From assembly GCA_026026165.1 (NCBI GenBank), contig JAPEUD010000099.1, positions 1 to 64,000 on the forward strand: DNA of 64,000 nt. The letters are read 5' to 3'. Positions 52,732-64,000 of this stretch are shown piece after piece. The translations under genes and the position numbers were made by a program. The DNA is from Sarea resinae. Taxonomy: Eukaryota. Numbering within the stretch: the first letter of the stretch is position 1; each line of letters begins with the position of its first letter. The notes below the pieces were generated by a model. It was given only the letters and a program-made list of their open reading frames with translations. It was not told where the DNA came from and searched no databases.

Positions 52732-53419
52732 CTACCAACTTGCTTTCCTCACTCCGGGCAGGTTTCCGTCGAGGGCGTTCATTCGGAACGGGTACTAAGT
52801 CACATATCATAAGTCAGCTTCGTCATCCTCAAATCGACGCAATTCCATCCGTCTCTCCCTCTGCCCCTCGCAATTCCATACAAGCATCCCACGGCCCCAA
52901 GTCTCAATCCCCTCATTATCCCCCATCCACACCCTTTTCCACCAGATTCTTCGTCTTCTCTCCAAAACACCTTTTTTGTCCAACGGTACACCCTCGAAGC
53001 CAAAAAAAAAACAGGGATATGAGCACTCACCCTCGCCATCCTAAAGTCTCTAAACACACCCCGGCCCTTGCCGCCCTCGATACACCGGTTCGTGATCTGC
53101 GTGCCGCGCGTATAGGCGTGCATCTGGCTCAGCTGTAGTTGTGCCTGCGCGCGCATTCGCTGCGGCAGCGTCGTGTTGCGGATGATGTAGCGGAGCGCTT
53201 GGCTGTTAGGTGTATGGATGGATGTTAGCTTGGGGATTTTGTACGGGCCGTGGCATGGCGGGAGGCGGAACTTGGGGAGGATAATGGGAATTGAGTGAGA
53301 GGGAGGACTGACCGCTCCGTCTCGTGCTCGGCGAACACTTTGCGTTTGGTGTGGTCGCGGATTACGCGGATGTTGATGAACGAGGCGATGTCGAGCGTCT
53401 TGGCCCGGAACTGTGACAT
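52732..53419 (-). CDS. MRP2: Mitochondrial small ribosomal subunit protein uS14m, 3 exons
   Basis: IRDHTKRKVFAEHETER/QALRYIIRNTTLPQRMRAQAQLQL..TQITNRCIEGGKGRGVFRDFRMAR/YPFRMNALDGNLPGVRKASW*. Confidence 0.94.
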
Positions 53420-55314
53420 CTTTGCTGTTCTTCGCGCTTCCGCGGGCCGGGGCGGATGGATGAGACGTGTGGTCGCAGTAAGAAGTGGGGATAGAGGGGT
53501 GAGAGAGAGGTGAGAGGTGAGAAAGGAGAGAGCAGAGAAGGGGTGCTGATGGTGATGCGATCGATATTGATCGATACGATTACGGACCGGAGATTTTGAG
53601 GTTCTGTTCGTGATAGCGCCCGCTTGCGATGGCTTGGGGGCCTTGTAGAGGTGAGTAAGCGGATGCGGAGGGTGTGTGATGACTAAGCGTGCACTGGCTT
53701 TGTTTAAGATGTGCCACGGAACACCTCAATGCCTTATGACATCCCCAAGCAGTTTAGAACGCCAAACTCGAGCCTTTATGATGACTACTGAAATGCATGG
53801 CAAACATCTCTACAGATTCCAGCATGAAGCTGATTACCATCTTTAATCGAAAATTAGACGTGGCCCATTCTGACTTTTGCAGTCTTCGTATCTCGTAGTC
53901 GAACGGGAAACGTCCATGGAGGGGTGCTCCCTTTTTGGTTCACAATTTCGACAGCATGTTGCGAGCTGCAACTCTGCTTACCCACCACCAACATGTTATT
54001 TTCTCCTCTGCTTGCTGGACGAGATGCCTATACTACTAGAAGAGAAGTCGATCTTGCCGGACAGAGATCCCATTATCATCTGGGCTAAGAGGAGGCGAAC
54101 TTGATAGCTGGATTTGATCGGACTTGCACTCAACTGCATCGACACTCGTGCTAGCACTTGCTTGAGATGCCAGTCTAGCCCGAGGGCGATGAAATGGGAT
54201 GGCAAGGGGATGGCAAGGTAACGACGGCGGGGCAGACGTGGGCAGCCGTGGCATGGGGTGAGTATATGGAATCGGCATGCGTTGGCGCCTTTCTAGGTGA
54301 AGGGTTCGCGGACCCAGCCTGTCATCACATTCATCTATGAAGCTGTCGACTTCCAAGCTTGGCGCAACTTCAGGGCCAATCGGCGATTGTGCCGGGCGGA
54401 AGACTGCATCCAAAGGAAAGGGAGTTGGCAGACGGTGGCCGGATGGGCCGACTAACGCTCTGGCGGCCTACTCATCATCGTTGCACCGAAGAAGTGCTGC
54501 CGCTTCCCGATCACCTCGATTCCGCGTCTTTCTGATAGATCCCGCATTTGAGCTTTTTGATCACACCGCGCGAATTGAGGCTGCCGAAAAAAGGACTTGC
54601 GTTGGTATTGCCATTCATATGAGATTGAGCACGCGCATATCTTCATATCCTTTCCATCATGAGCGAATGCTTGGGGACTCCGCTGAGGGTTGGCCGGTAT
54701 GCCTTCTTTCGAATGGTCGGAACAGAGCCGACGGCTTTTCGGTGCCAAGCTCACTCCTGGAGCTTGATTAATTTTTCCCGTATCTCTCTTTCACTCTTGT
54801 CTACTAGATATCTATTCTGGGTGACGCATTCAATTGAATGTGTCCTGGGCCAGATTCGGATTGAATACTTCGATCAATCGGCCTAGGGCTTATTGATATT
54901 CACTCACTCTCTCTGTTGACGTTTCCTTGTGCCATTGTCCATCGAAATGCTCGTGGGAACTTTTGCATCGAATTGACCCTGTAACAGCCAACTGCGTTCA
55001 GCTTCTGCACGCTCCACTTTCGATCGCGACTTAATAGAAGCGCATGAACCTTGATAATTCACGAGGTAAGTATGAGACTGATCTGAAATATCTTGCCTGA
55101 ATGAGGTTGGATTTCCGGCTGTCCTGTGCCTGCATGACACGACAGTCTCCCTGTTCGTCGCGCGTGCAGGAGGCCGAAAGATCATGTCTCCTCCCGAAAG
55201 GTGTCATTTACTCTCACGACAGCCTTTATAAGGCAGCAAAAGGAGCTTTTCTCAACGTAACGCTAATCCGTCCTGCCCCCTAAACAAGCTAGTCAGTTCC
55301 ATCTATAACATAGG

Positions 55315-57991
55315 ATGAAGTCGTTTCTTGGCCTGTGGATCGGATTTGCTTCTGCAAATATCATATTCAATCACGTTCCGCTTCTCTGTGAGCATGGAAC
55401 TACTCCATACAGCGGTTGCCTGAGGGGGCAAGAATGCTCGAAGGAAGGACTGTAAGTCATGAACGGACCATTGTTTGGGCGGCCAAGTTTGATCTGTGGT
55501 CCGGTAGCTGCGAGGCCCCCAATCTTAGAGATGAACCTTTCTTGTTCTCACGAGACCGGACCTTTGAGACGGAGGACAATGATATCCCAACGACAGCTTC
55601 CCGGTCTGATGGTCGATGCGGCTCACAATTCGATAACGCTTCTTGCGATCCTGATGGACCTTATGGTGGGTGCTGCAGCAATTACGGGTTCGTTGGATAC
55701 CCTTTTGCCTTTTCTTTTGCGTTGCTCTTGTCGAGAGACTGTTTCCGGCTTGTAACCGTTTGCTCCCAGTACTCGGAGTGAAAGGAGGGGCTAACGAGAT
55801 ACACTTTACAGGTACTGTGGCACAACTCCGCAACAGTGAGTCGAAAGTAAGCCCCTGAATGGGTGCTTGAGCTGATATCGGCCAGTTGCCTTTTATCGAA
55901 CGGATGCCAGAATGGATGCGAGGCCTCAGTGACGGCGACGGGGTCTCCAATATCTTCATCTCATTTGAGTAGCGTTCCATCCTCTGACCCGACTACCTCG
56001 GGTGAGCCCGTCCTAGGAAGTCCCACTTCAAGCTCAACGCCTCGATCAACTGGCACCGTCACAACCGATGGAACCTGCGGCAGTACCAACAACGGAACAG
56101 TTTGCGGGAGCTGGCCGCAAGGCAGCTGCTGTAGCATGTATGGCTGTAAGTCGTCTCACTCGTCACTTGACTACTTCGTGCTCATAGCTGGTTAGACTGC
56201 GGTAATACAACGAGCCACTGTGGTGATGGATGTCAATCAGGCCCTTGTCTGGGTCCCAGCCAAGTCCCGGCTCCAGGGCCTAGTCCGGCTCCGGCAAACG
56301 CCAATCCGGGAGCCTTCACCATTGTGGGACAGTCAGGTGTACCCGCCATGCATGCTGGCTTGCTGCAGAATGGCCGAGTTGTCTTCTTGGACAAGGTCGA
56401 GAATTTCACGCAATTGAAGCTCTCAGATGGACAATTCGCATACTCGTCCGAGTACGACCCGGCCACGAATCAAGCTGTAGCCCTCGCATACAAGACCAAT
56501 GCTTTTTGCTCTGGTGGCGCCTTTCTCGCCGACGGACGGTTTATAAGCGTAGGTGGCAATGCGCCTCTTCCAGATGTTGACCCTACAGTAGGCGATGGCT
56601 TCGATGCAATCCGCTATCTTTCGAGATCGACTACAGACGCCAGTCTTGATGGACAAGAATGGTCTGAGCCAGGGAACAAGCTCGCAAGCGCTCGCTGGTA
56701 CGCGTCAGCCCAGATTCTCTTAGACGGCAGCGTCTTCGTCGCCTCGGGAAGCCTGAACGGCCTTGACCCCACCGTGCCAGCAAACAACAACCCGACCTAC
56801 GAGATCTTGTCAGCAGAGGGCATCACGAACGGCGTCAACGTTCCCATGGACATTCTTGTCAAGAACCAACCTTATTACATGTACCCTTTTCTGCACCTTC
56901 TCCCCGACAACTCCCTCTTTGTCTTCGTCTCCAAATCCGCCGAGCTCTTTGACGTATCAACGAATGCCACCATTCGCACTTTGCCTGACCTCCCAGGCGA
57001 CTACCGCACCTACCCAAATACAGGCACGTCAGTCCTACTTCCCCTCTCCAGTGCCAACAGTTGGAATCCTGAGGTCGTAATCTGCGGTGGTGGCGCCTAT
57101 CAAGACATCACTAGCCCCACGGACCCAAGCTGCGGTCGCATCCAGCCGCTCGCAGCTGATGCCTCATGGGAGATGGACTCTATGCCCCAAGGGCGCGGAA
57201 TGGTGGAGAGTGTGCTCTTGCCGGATGGAACGGTGGTTTTTCTCAACGGCGCCAATCTCGGCGCGCAGGGGTTCGGGCTGGCGACTGATCCGACGCTGGA
57301 GCCTTTGATCTACGATCCGACGCAGCCACTCGGCCAGCGATTTTCGAGCGGCACGCCATCAACCATTCCGCGGCTGTATCACTCTGTGGCGCTATTGCTA
57401 CTCGATGGCACGATCTTGGTTGCCGGGTCGAATCCAGTCCAGCAGCCCATTCTGACTCCTTCGGCCGCCAATCCATATGTCACGGAGTTTCGGGTTGAGA
57501 TTTGTGAGTCGTTTTTCTTTCCTTGGGGTGTCAGCCTTTCCACTGCATTAATTCCCTGCCTCTCCCCTCTCCCGCTTTACTCGTTTTTAATGTCGACCAA
57601 CTCACCTGACGAGGCAAAACCAGACACACCGCCTTACCTCAGCCTTCCCCTCGCCACGGCCCGGCCAACAAACATCACCCTCTCCAGCACGAGCCTGACC
57701 CTCACCACCACCTTCACCATCTCCTTCTCCGCGTCCCCGACGGCACAGAACGTCACGATATCCCTCTACCACGGCGGCTTCGTGACGCACTCGCTGCACA
57801 TGAATCAGCGGATGATCATCCTCGACCATACTGGCTGGGTGCCTGGGCAGGCGGTGCAGGAGCTCGAGGTCGCCATGCCGGGCATCATGGGCACGGATGC
57901 TCCCGAAGCATTGGTGCCGCCAGGCCCGTATGTGGTCTGGGTTGTTGTGGACGGCGTGCCGGGGAACGGGACATTTGTCTCGGTGGGATAG
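55315..57991 (+). CDS. Secreted copper radical oxidase (glyoxal oxidase-like, CAZy AA5_1) with two N-terminal chitin-binding (CBM18/hevein-like) modules, multi-exon
   Basis: Signal-like MKSFLGLWIGFASA; DGRCG..C..CCSNYG/YCG and DGTCG..C..CCSMYG/YCG..CQSGPC modules; catalytic motifs NAFCSGG, ARWYAS, RLYHSVA and GFVTHSLHMNQR. Confidence 0.92.
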
Positions 57992-58979
57992 ATCTTGTTG
58001 ATGCCTTGTTTTGTTTCTTTTTTCTGGTATCAATGGCTATGAAAGGCGGGGAAGAGGGGTCAAGTTAGCAAGGCAGGGTCATCTTCTCGTCATCACTAGA
58101 CTGGGTCCCATACCTACACAATGATAGCAGTTTTTCCATCCACGCCTTTGCCTCGTCTGTGATCGATGGCCCTGGTGTTATTCGGCCTGACAACTGCTCA
58201 CAAAAGCGTGAGCCCTCAATGTACCCTCACAAGGCTCTGAAGGTGCTCTTGGATGTGACGTTCACGCACGATGCAAAAGACAAAACAGAGCAGTGAAAAC
58301 ATACCGTCTCATAATCCTCTCTCGACGTCGTTTAGCATTCACAAATGACCAAACCACTCCCTCCTCTGACACCGCACACACATAAAATACAAAGTAGAAA
58401 AGGGAAGGGCGTGAAAGCCATGGCGAAAAATGCGTGCTCTTTCACAACCACCCCTGTTCAGGATTGTCAAGATTAGGTATGTATCATCAACACACATCGT
58501 CATTGAGTGCACAGACTACCTTACCTTAGGCACCTCCTTTAGTCACTCTTAGGCGGATTCTTGAGCGCTATAGCCGCCGAGTCGAGTCAGGGTCTTGTGT
58601 CAGGGGATGGGATGTATCAAGGCACGTTCATTTTCGCTTAATTAGACGCGCCATTCTCGCCAATTATCGTTGGACGTCTATGTGTTTCACAGGGTTTTTC
58701 TTTTTGGGAGCTCTACCTTGGGGGCCGTGTGTGGATAATAGGGATATAGAGGGGATTTTTAAACACCTACCAGAGCAAGCTTATAGGGGGGGTAGAGTAG
58801 TACTGCTGCTGCTGCTGGTGGAGATCAAATATGTGGTGGAAGGAAGCTCCTAGATAGGGGAAACAGGAGAAGAGGAGGAGGGGGAGGGCGGGGGAACTTT
58901 GTCTTGATTTCTATGGTTTGAGGGATTGGAGATTATCAGGTAGAGATCTGTAGATTTATCGTTATATCTATAGGATTGT

Positions 58980-59010
58980 AGAGAGAGAGAGAGAGAGAAA
59001 GAAAGAAAGA
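58980..59010. repeat. (AG)n/(AAAG)n microsatellite
   Basis: agagagagagagagagagaaagaaagaaaga. Confidence 0.8.
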
Positions 59011-59839
59011 TTACATTACTCTACTCTCTCTAGCTCTTTTACTATATAATCACTTTTATTAAATAAGAATGCAGAGGTAGAATATGTAGGTAAGACTTAT
59101 ACTCCTTTCAGGGGCGCTGCTTTTCTGGGCTTCAGGCTTATCGACACGTTTGCATTCAGTAAGATTTATACACTGCTAGTAGACTAGACTAAAGGGAAAA
59201 AGTCTCTCGTTAACTGCTAGAAGGAAAGAGAAAATATGGGTGGAAAGGCCGTGATGGTGAAAACAAAAAGGAGGAACGTATAGCCTGACTGGAGGCTAAA
59301 GTCATGACAATAGTCTGGCAGAACTTTGCTTTTGTCGACGCGATTTGAGCCACTCGTTGCGTGTCTAGGGGGAAACGAGTGTAGTGAGAGCTGACGTATC
59401 CCGCCTGGGTGAATCAATATAATGTATTTGATCGTCTTGGCTTACAATAGGGGCATGGCTAACTTCACGACTGGAAACTCCAGGTCTCGAGATTTTCCTG
59501 TCATGTTCTGTTGGTTCTCGACCACTAGTCTGGCACAAGGCATAGGCATATGCTACAGGCTTCACCTCAGTGTCTGGCTGATCATCTAATCACCATAAAT
59601 CGACATACTCCTGGTCACACAACAGAAAACACTCGGACTGAGGTCTTTAGATGAATGATCATGTAAGATTCGAGAGATGCATGTACAATACAGAGATATA
59701 GATTAGAGTGAGGCACGGCGGAGAAAGATATGCAGTATCCACAAAGCCCAACCACCCTTTTTCCAGCGACAGCTTACTACAATAGTGACACCTTGAACAT
59801 GGCAGACGGACGCACGAACACCTTGACAGAAACGACTCC

Positions 59840-62564
59840 CTATGTGTTCTTCCCGACAACAGTCCCATTCCCGAGTCGCACCTGAAAAGCCTGAAAATCA
59901 ATAGTCCAGCCGTTGGGCAACAACGTACTCTCAGAAGACCCGTTGGCGGCGCTGAGGAAAGTACTCATACGCTCCTGCGCACTGATAGCCGTGTCAAGCT
60001 GCGAGGTCTCCTGCAATACGAATAGCGTGGCCACTCGAGCAAAATCGAGAGCTTTGTCGTTGTCGGTCAGAGACGTTGACGTGGCCGATGGGGTAGCACT
60101 TGACGATGCTGAAGTGGTGCTGGGGCCGGCGAATATGATACCGTCCGAGGTGGCGATGGGGTCATGCGACGAGGGAGCTGTGAGGGGTGGGGAGACATAG
60201 GAAGTTGTCGCAGCCGAAGCCGCTGTAGTGGAGACGTCTCTTTTATCTTGCAGAATGGTTGGTGTCGGAGTTGAAGTTTCCGAAGGTGCTGCTGCTTGAG
60301 ACTCCAAGAGAGGAAGAGAGCGCGCCAGACGTGCAGACCGACCATTGATCGTGACGAGAGCGTTCTCGGAGACGCAGGAGAGATTACTCGCAGAGAAGGC
60401 GGACAGAAGTGTAGAAGAGTCAAGAGGAATACTGAAGTTCGCCTGGGCGCCTTGCAGCAGTCGTGGTAGAGCCGAGCCAACGGTAGCGTTTTGTATCTGA
60501 GACTTGCTGTCACTGACATCAGTGGTTGTGCAGCCATCTGAAGCCGGCACGCTGCACCGAGTCCCTGTAAAGCCATTGGAGCATACGCAGCGACAAGATG
60601 TCGAGGTCAAAACACTTGTACCACCATTGGCACAAGGGAAGCTTTTCATGCATTGAGCTGCTGTAATTGTATTATCCTTGTGGTGTCGAGGGACAACAAC
60701 GAGTGTCACGGGAATCACCACTGCGGCAACAATGATGAGGACCAGGATGATCATGAAAAGGATAAATCCCCAGAGCGGCATACCACAGCATCTGCGGTGT
60801 CTGCTTCCACCATCGGAGGGAGATAGTGGAGGTGCCATCTGCGCTTGAGCGAGTCCACTAGTAGCAAATGGTGAAAACCATCGAGACATTGGCCGTGAAT
60901 GACGTTCACCAGTGGGAGTTGCGAGGCCAGGAGGGGGGAAAGATGCGAGAATATCGGAAATGGAGCCAGAACGGCGTTCATCTAGACTCTATTAGCCATC
61001 TCTGGCCCAGTATCCTCGAGGGAAACTTACTGGTAAAGGCCTTCTCGTTACTGTCCCCGTCATAATAAAGCTGATCCAGTCGACTTGCCGGCCGACTGCG
61101 ATCTAGTACAGCAGCAAGCCTTGTTGCCCTCCTGATCAGATCCGGTAGACTCGTCAAACTACCCCTGGCTTCCGCCTCTTTGACAGCGTCAATATTAAGT
61201 CGCGGCGGCCGACGTAGATTAGTCACTCGACTGCTGAACGACAAAGGTTGAGTGCCAAATGTATTCGACATCGGGGGGTCGAGTGCTCCCCCTTTCTCAA
61301 GGCCTCCTAATATCTCAGTACGAGAATCCACTGGCAGATTAGATGTCGATTGCCCTTTGGCGTGGGCTTGCGTTCTGGTACCGGATGATGATGTCTCGGA
61401 GGACGAAGAGGGATCGAGCAGACCAGTTCCAAGACTAAGAGCATCAGTGCTTGAAGGCTTCCCAGCTCGAGAAGCACCAAGTCCCGCGGCAATAGCACCT
61501 CCAGTCGCCCCCGCAGCTACCGCAGCACGCCCTACACTACCTTTGCTTAAATCCGAAACGCTGGACTTGCGCGATAAGTTCTCATTGGAAGCGTTTTTCA
61601 GAGCAGAATTCTTGGCATCTTGCGAAAGTTTTTCCGAGCTTTTGATAGTGGTCAGAGACGGCTTGTGCCTCTTGCCCACACTAGCTTGTCTGACAAGGGT
61701 GCTGTCTTCGTGGTCGGCTGAAAAGGGCGATCTAGGGACTTCTCGATCCGCAGGATCATCCTCTTCGGCGAATTCTTCCGCGTATGGGCCTGAATAATAC
61801 GCGGGAGGGCCGGAACCCCAGCTGGATGGAATGACATTACTCGACGCAATTGAACCATGCCCGTGCCAACGTCGCGCTTCGGGGTTTTCTTCTGGTATAG
61901 GGGAAACGAATGAGCCTTGTGAGTAGTACGAAGAGACACCTCGCCGTGCCACTGGAGGAGGCCGCGTATTAGGAACTCGTCGTGGCGCTTGTAGCGTGGC
62001 CGGTACAGGGAAATCGGGTATAGTTCCGACTGAAGATGCCTCCGACAATCGAGTTGAGGTTGTTGATGGCGCATAATCGGTGACTCTCTGAACTCTGTTG
62101 GTGGAGGCGTGAGAATTGTCTTGGCCATAGGTCGCCTGAGGCAGGTATTCTAAGCGTTGCGTTGGATGGAGCAGTCGTTGCGGGTCAATATACTGGTCTT
62201 GAGAGCTGACGTTCTCATCTCCAAACGGCGAAAGCGGTACCAGAGCCGGTCTTGATATGGAAGCGCCGATAGCACCTGGGTTTCCTCGCGGATTCGAATA
62301 TCCCGGCCGCACCGGTTCCTGGCCAAGTCGGCCACTGTTACCCCGATCCTGATATACACGGCCATTGACATCTACTCTCACAGGGTACTGGTGACTGGAC
62401 TCTGGCTGATGAAATCCCGCAGATTGAATATGCTGTGGTCCGGATCGCATGCCATTTTGTACTCCTGCTCTTGCTCTCTTCACAGACCCTTGCTGAGCTT
62501 TCCCTCTGCTCCCACTATCATTTCCAGCATCCCTCCGTTGAGGACCTCGAGGGAACGGGTTCAT
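59840..62564 (-). CDS. Conserved fungal type II membrane protein with an extracellular EGF-like motif, 2 exons (intron ~60985-61031)
   Basis: RRPPRLNIDAVKEAEARGSLTSLPDLIRRATRLA; RRCCGMPLW followed by a TM helix; C..CANGG..CRCVCSNGFTGTRC; ALDFARVATLFVLQE. Confidence 0.82.
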
Positions 62565-64000
62565 TTATACAACTTTCGAATATCTGACTCACGCTTGCTT
62601 CTAACGAACTTCGAGAACGAGACTTCGCGTGCAAACCCACCAACGAGATCTGTATAGTCGGCCGAGATATCTATTCCCGTGTTTGCGAAAGGGTGTTTTT
62701 GAGTAGAACAAGATTTCTGCGGCCAGCCGGCAAACGTTGATCAAAATCCAAGACAGGATGACTTTTGAATGAATAAAAACGAGAGTCTGGCTTATCAAAG
62801 CCAAATTTTCAGAAAAGTGCGATCAGCGAGCGACGAAGAAGTGAAGAGAATCAAAGCGCGGAGGTTTTATGTCCGCTTGGCCGGAAAGGTGCTTTAGCTT
62901 TCAACAGAAGCTGTGGAGCGCTCGTTGTCCTGGCCGTTGTGGGATGGAGAGGTTAAGATGCAAGCGGGATATCATCGAGGACCGAGCGAGATGTTGCAAA
63001 TGCCGGTAAAGACGGACTCGTCGGAGGTCGACAAATGAAAGTGGTTCCCTATATTGATAGCAATGTAGAATGAAAGGTGCTTCAATGGCCAAGTCAGCTC
63101 TCGGTAATCTTCGATCTATAGCACGAATCAAAAGAGCAAGGGACATATTGGCAGATAGATGCCAGTCGAAGAGAACAATGGAACGTGGTGATGGTGAAAG
63201 GCACCCCATTTCATAATCGCAGAGACGATCGGATAGCAAAATGCGGCAGAGCAGCAGGAGGCACTTGGCTCTAGTTGTAGACCGGCAGCTTGCAGCTTCA
63301 TGCCATCCTCTTCCTGGGATTTGAAGGGCAAACAGAATCCACGTACATTGGCGTCCAGCAAATCTCAATCCCGCATAGGAATCTAACTCCACGTATTCAC
63401 GAAGCAGGCACGTCTCAATCGAGTCGCATTCAGTCGTCGGGTGAGGTATTCGCAATCACAATCGTCCGCTTCTCGTCTCAGATTTCGAGAGTCCTTCGCA
63501 TCATACACGGCCGCAAGCCAAATCGCAGTGGAATGAACGTAAAGTCGGTACCAACGAAGGGAGCACGACCTGTCAAAGATCGACGTTGAAGAGAGCCTCG
63601 AGCTCGGATGAAGAATATGAGGTTGAAGACGAACGGACAGTGGAAGGTCAGGAGAAGATAATTGGAAGGTAATCCAATCGCCAAGGGACGGCACAGCAGG
63701 GCTCCGATTGGGTGGTTCAGCACTGGGCTTCACTCTCACTCACTCTCACGGCAAAAAGGCAAGACAAGGAATTGCGGCAAAGCAGAGCAAAGCAAAGCAA
63801 AGTAAAAGAAACATGGAGTACGAAGTGGTCAGAGGGGTCGAATAGATCGAACGGGATATATCGAGTACTCCGTACTGTACCCATGGCCAGACAGGGCAGG
63901 GACGGGGCAGGGACAGGGCCCGGGCAGGCCGTTTGCCAGTCTGGGGCTCGAGGCATCTCACCCTTCTCCTGTTCTTTCTTGTCTACTCCGGAGTACTACA

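Overview
Eukaryotic DNA from a filamentous ascomycete (Pezizomycotina-type GT-AG introns with CTRAC/CTAAC branch sites). Most of the window is a housekeeping backbone: IPI3/WDR18, MET3 (ATP sulfurylase) and MET16 (PAPS reductase) in tandem, a UFL1-like gene, SER2, SEC2, a HOL1-like MFS transporter, an Arb2-domain gene, mitochondrial ribosomal S14 (MRP2), a chitin-binding AA5_1 copper radical oxidase and several hypothetical genes. Two accessory blocks interrupt it. (1) About 6.3-15.1 kb is gene-poor. It holds a convergent array of a conserved 28-bp dyad motif (6 direct and 5 inverted copies, plus outliers), a frameshifted RPA14-like pseudogene and a decayed membrane-protein gene. (2) 26096-34009 is a complete, RIP-inactivated 7.9-kb AcademH-like DNA transposon with a 9-bp TSD and 21-bp TIRs. 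It encodes a transposase, a RecQ-like helicase and a third gene with a Zn2Cys6-like motif, and both ends could fold into branched hairpins. All family assignments come from recalled motifs and by-eye reading; no searches were run.
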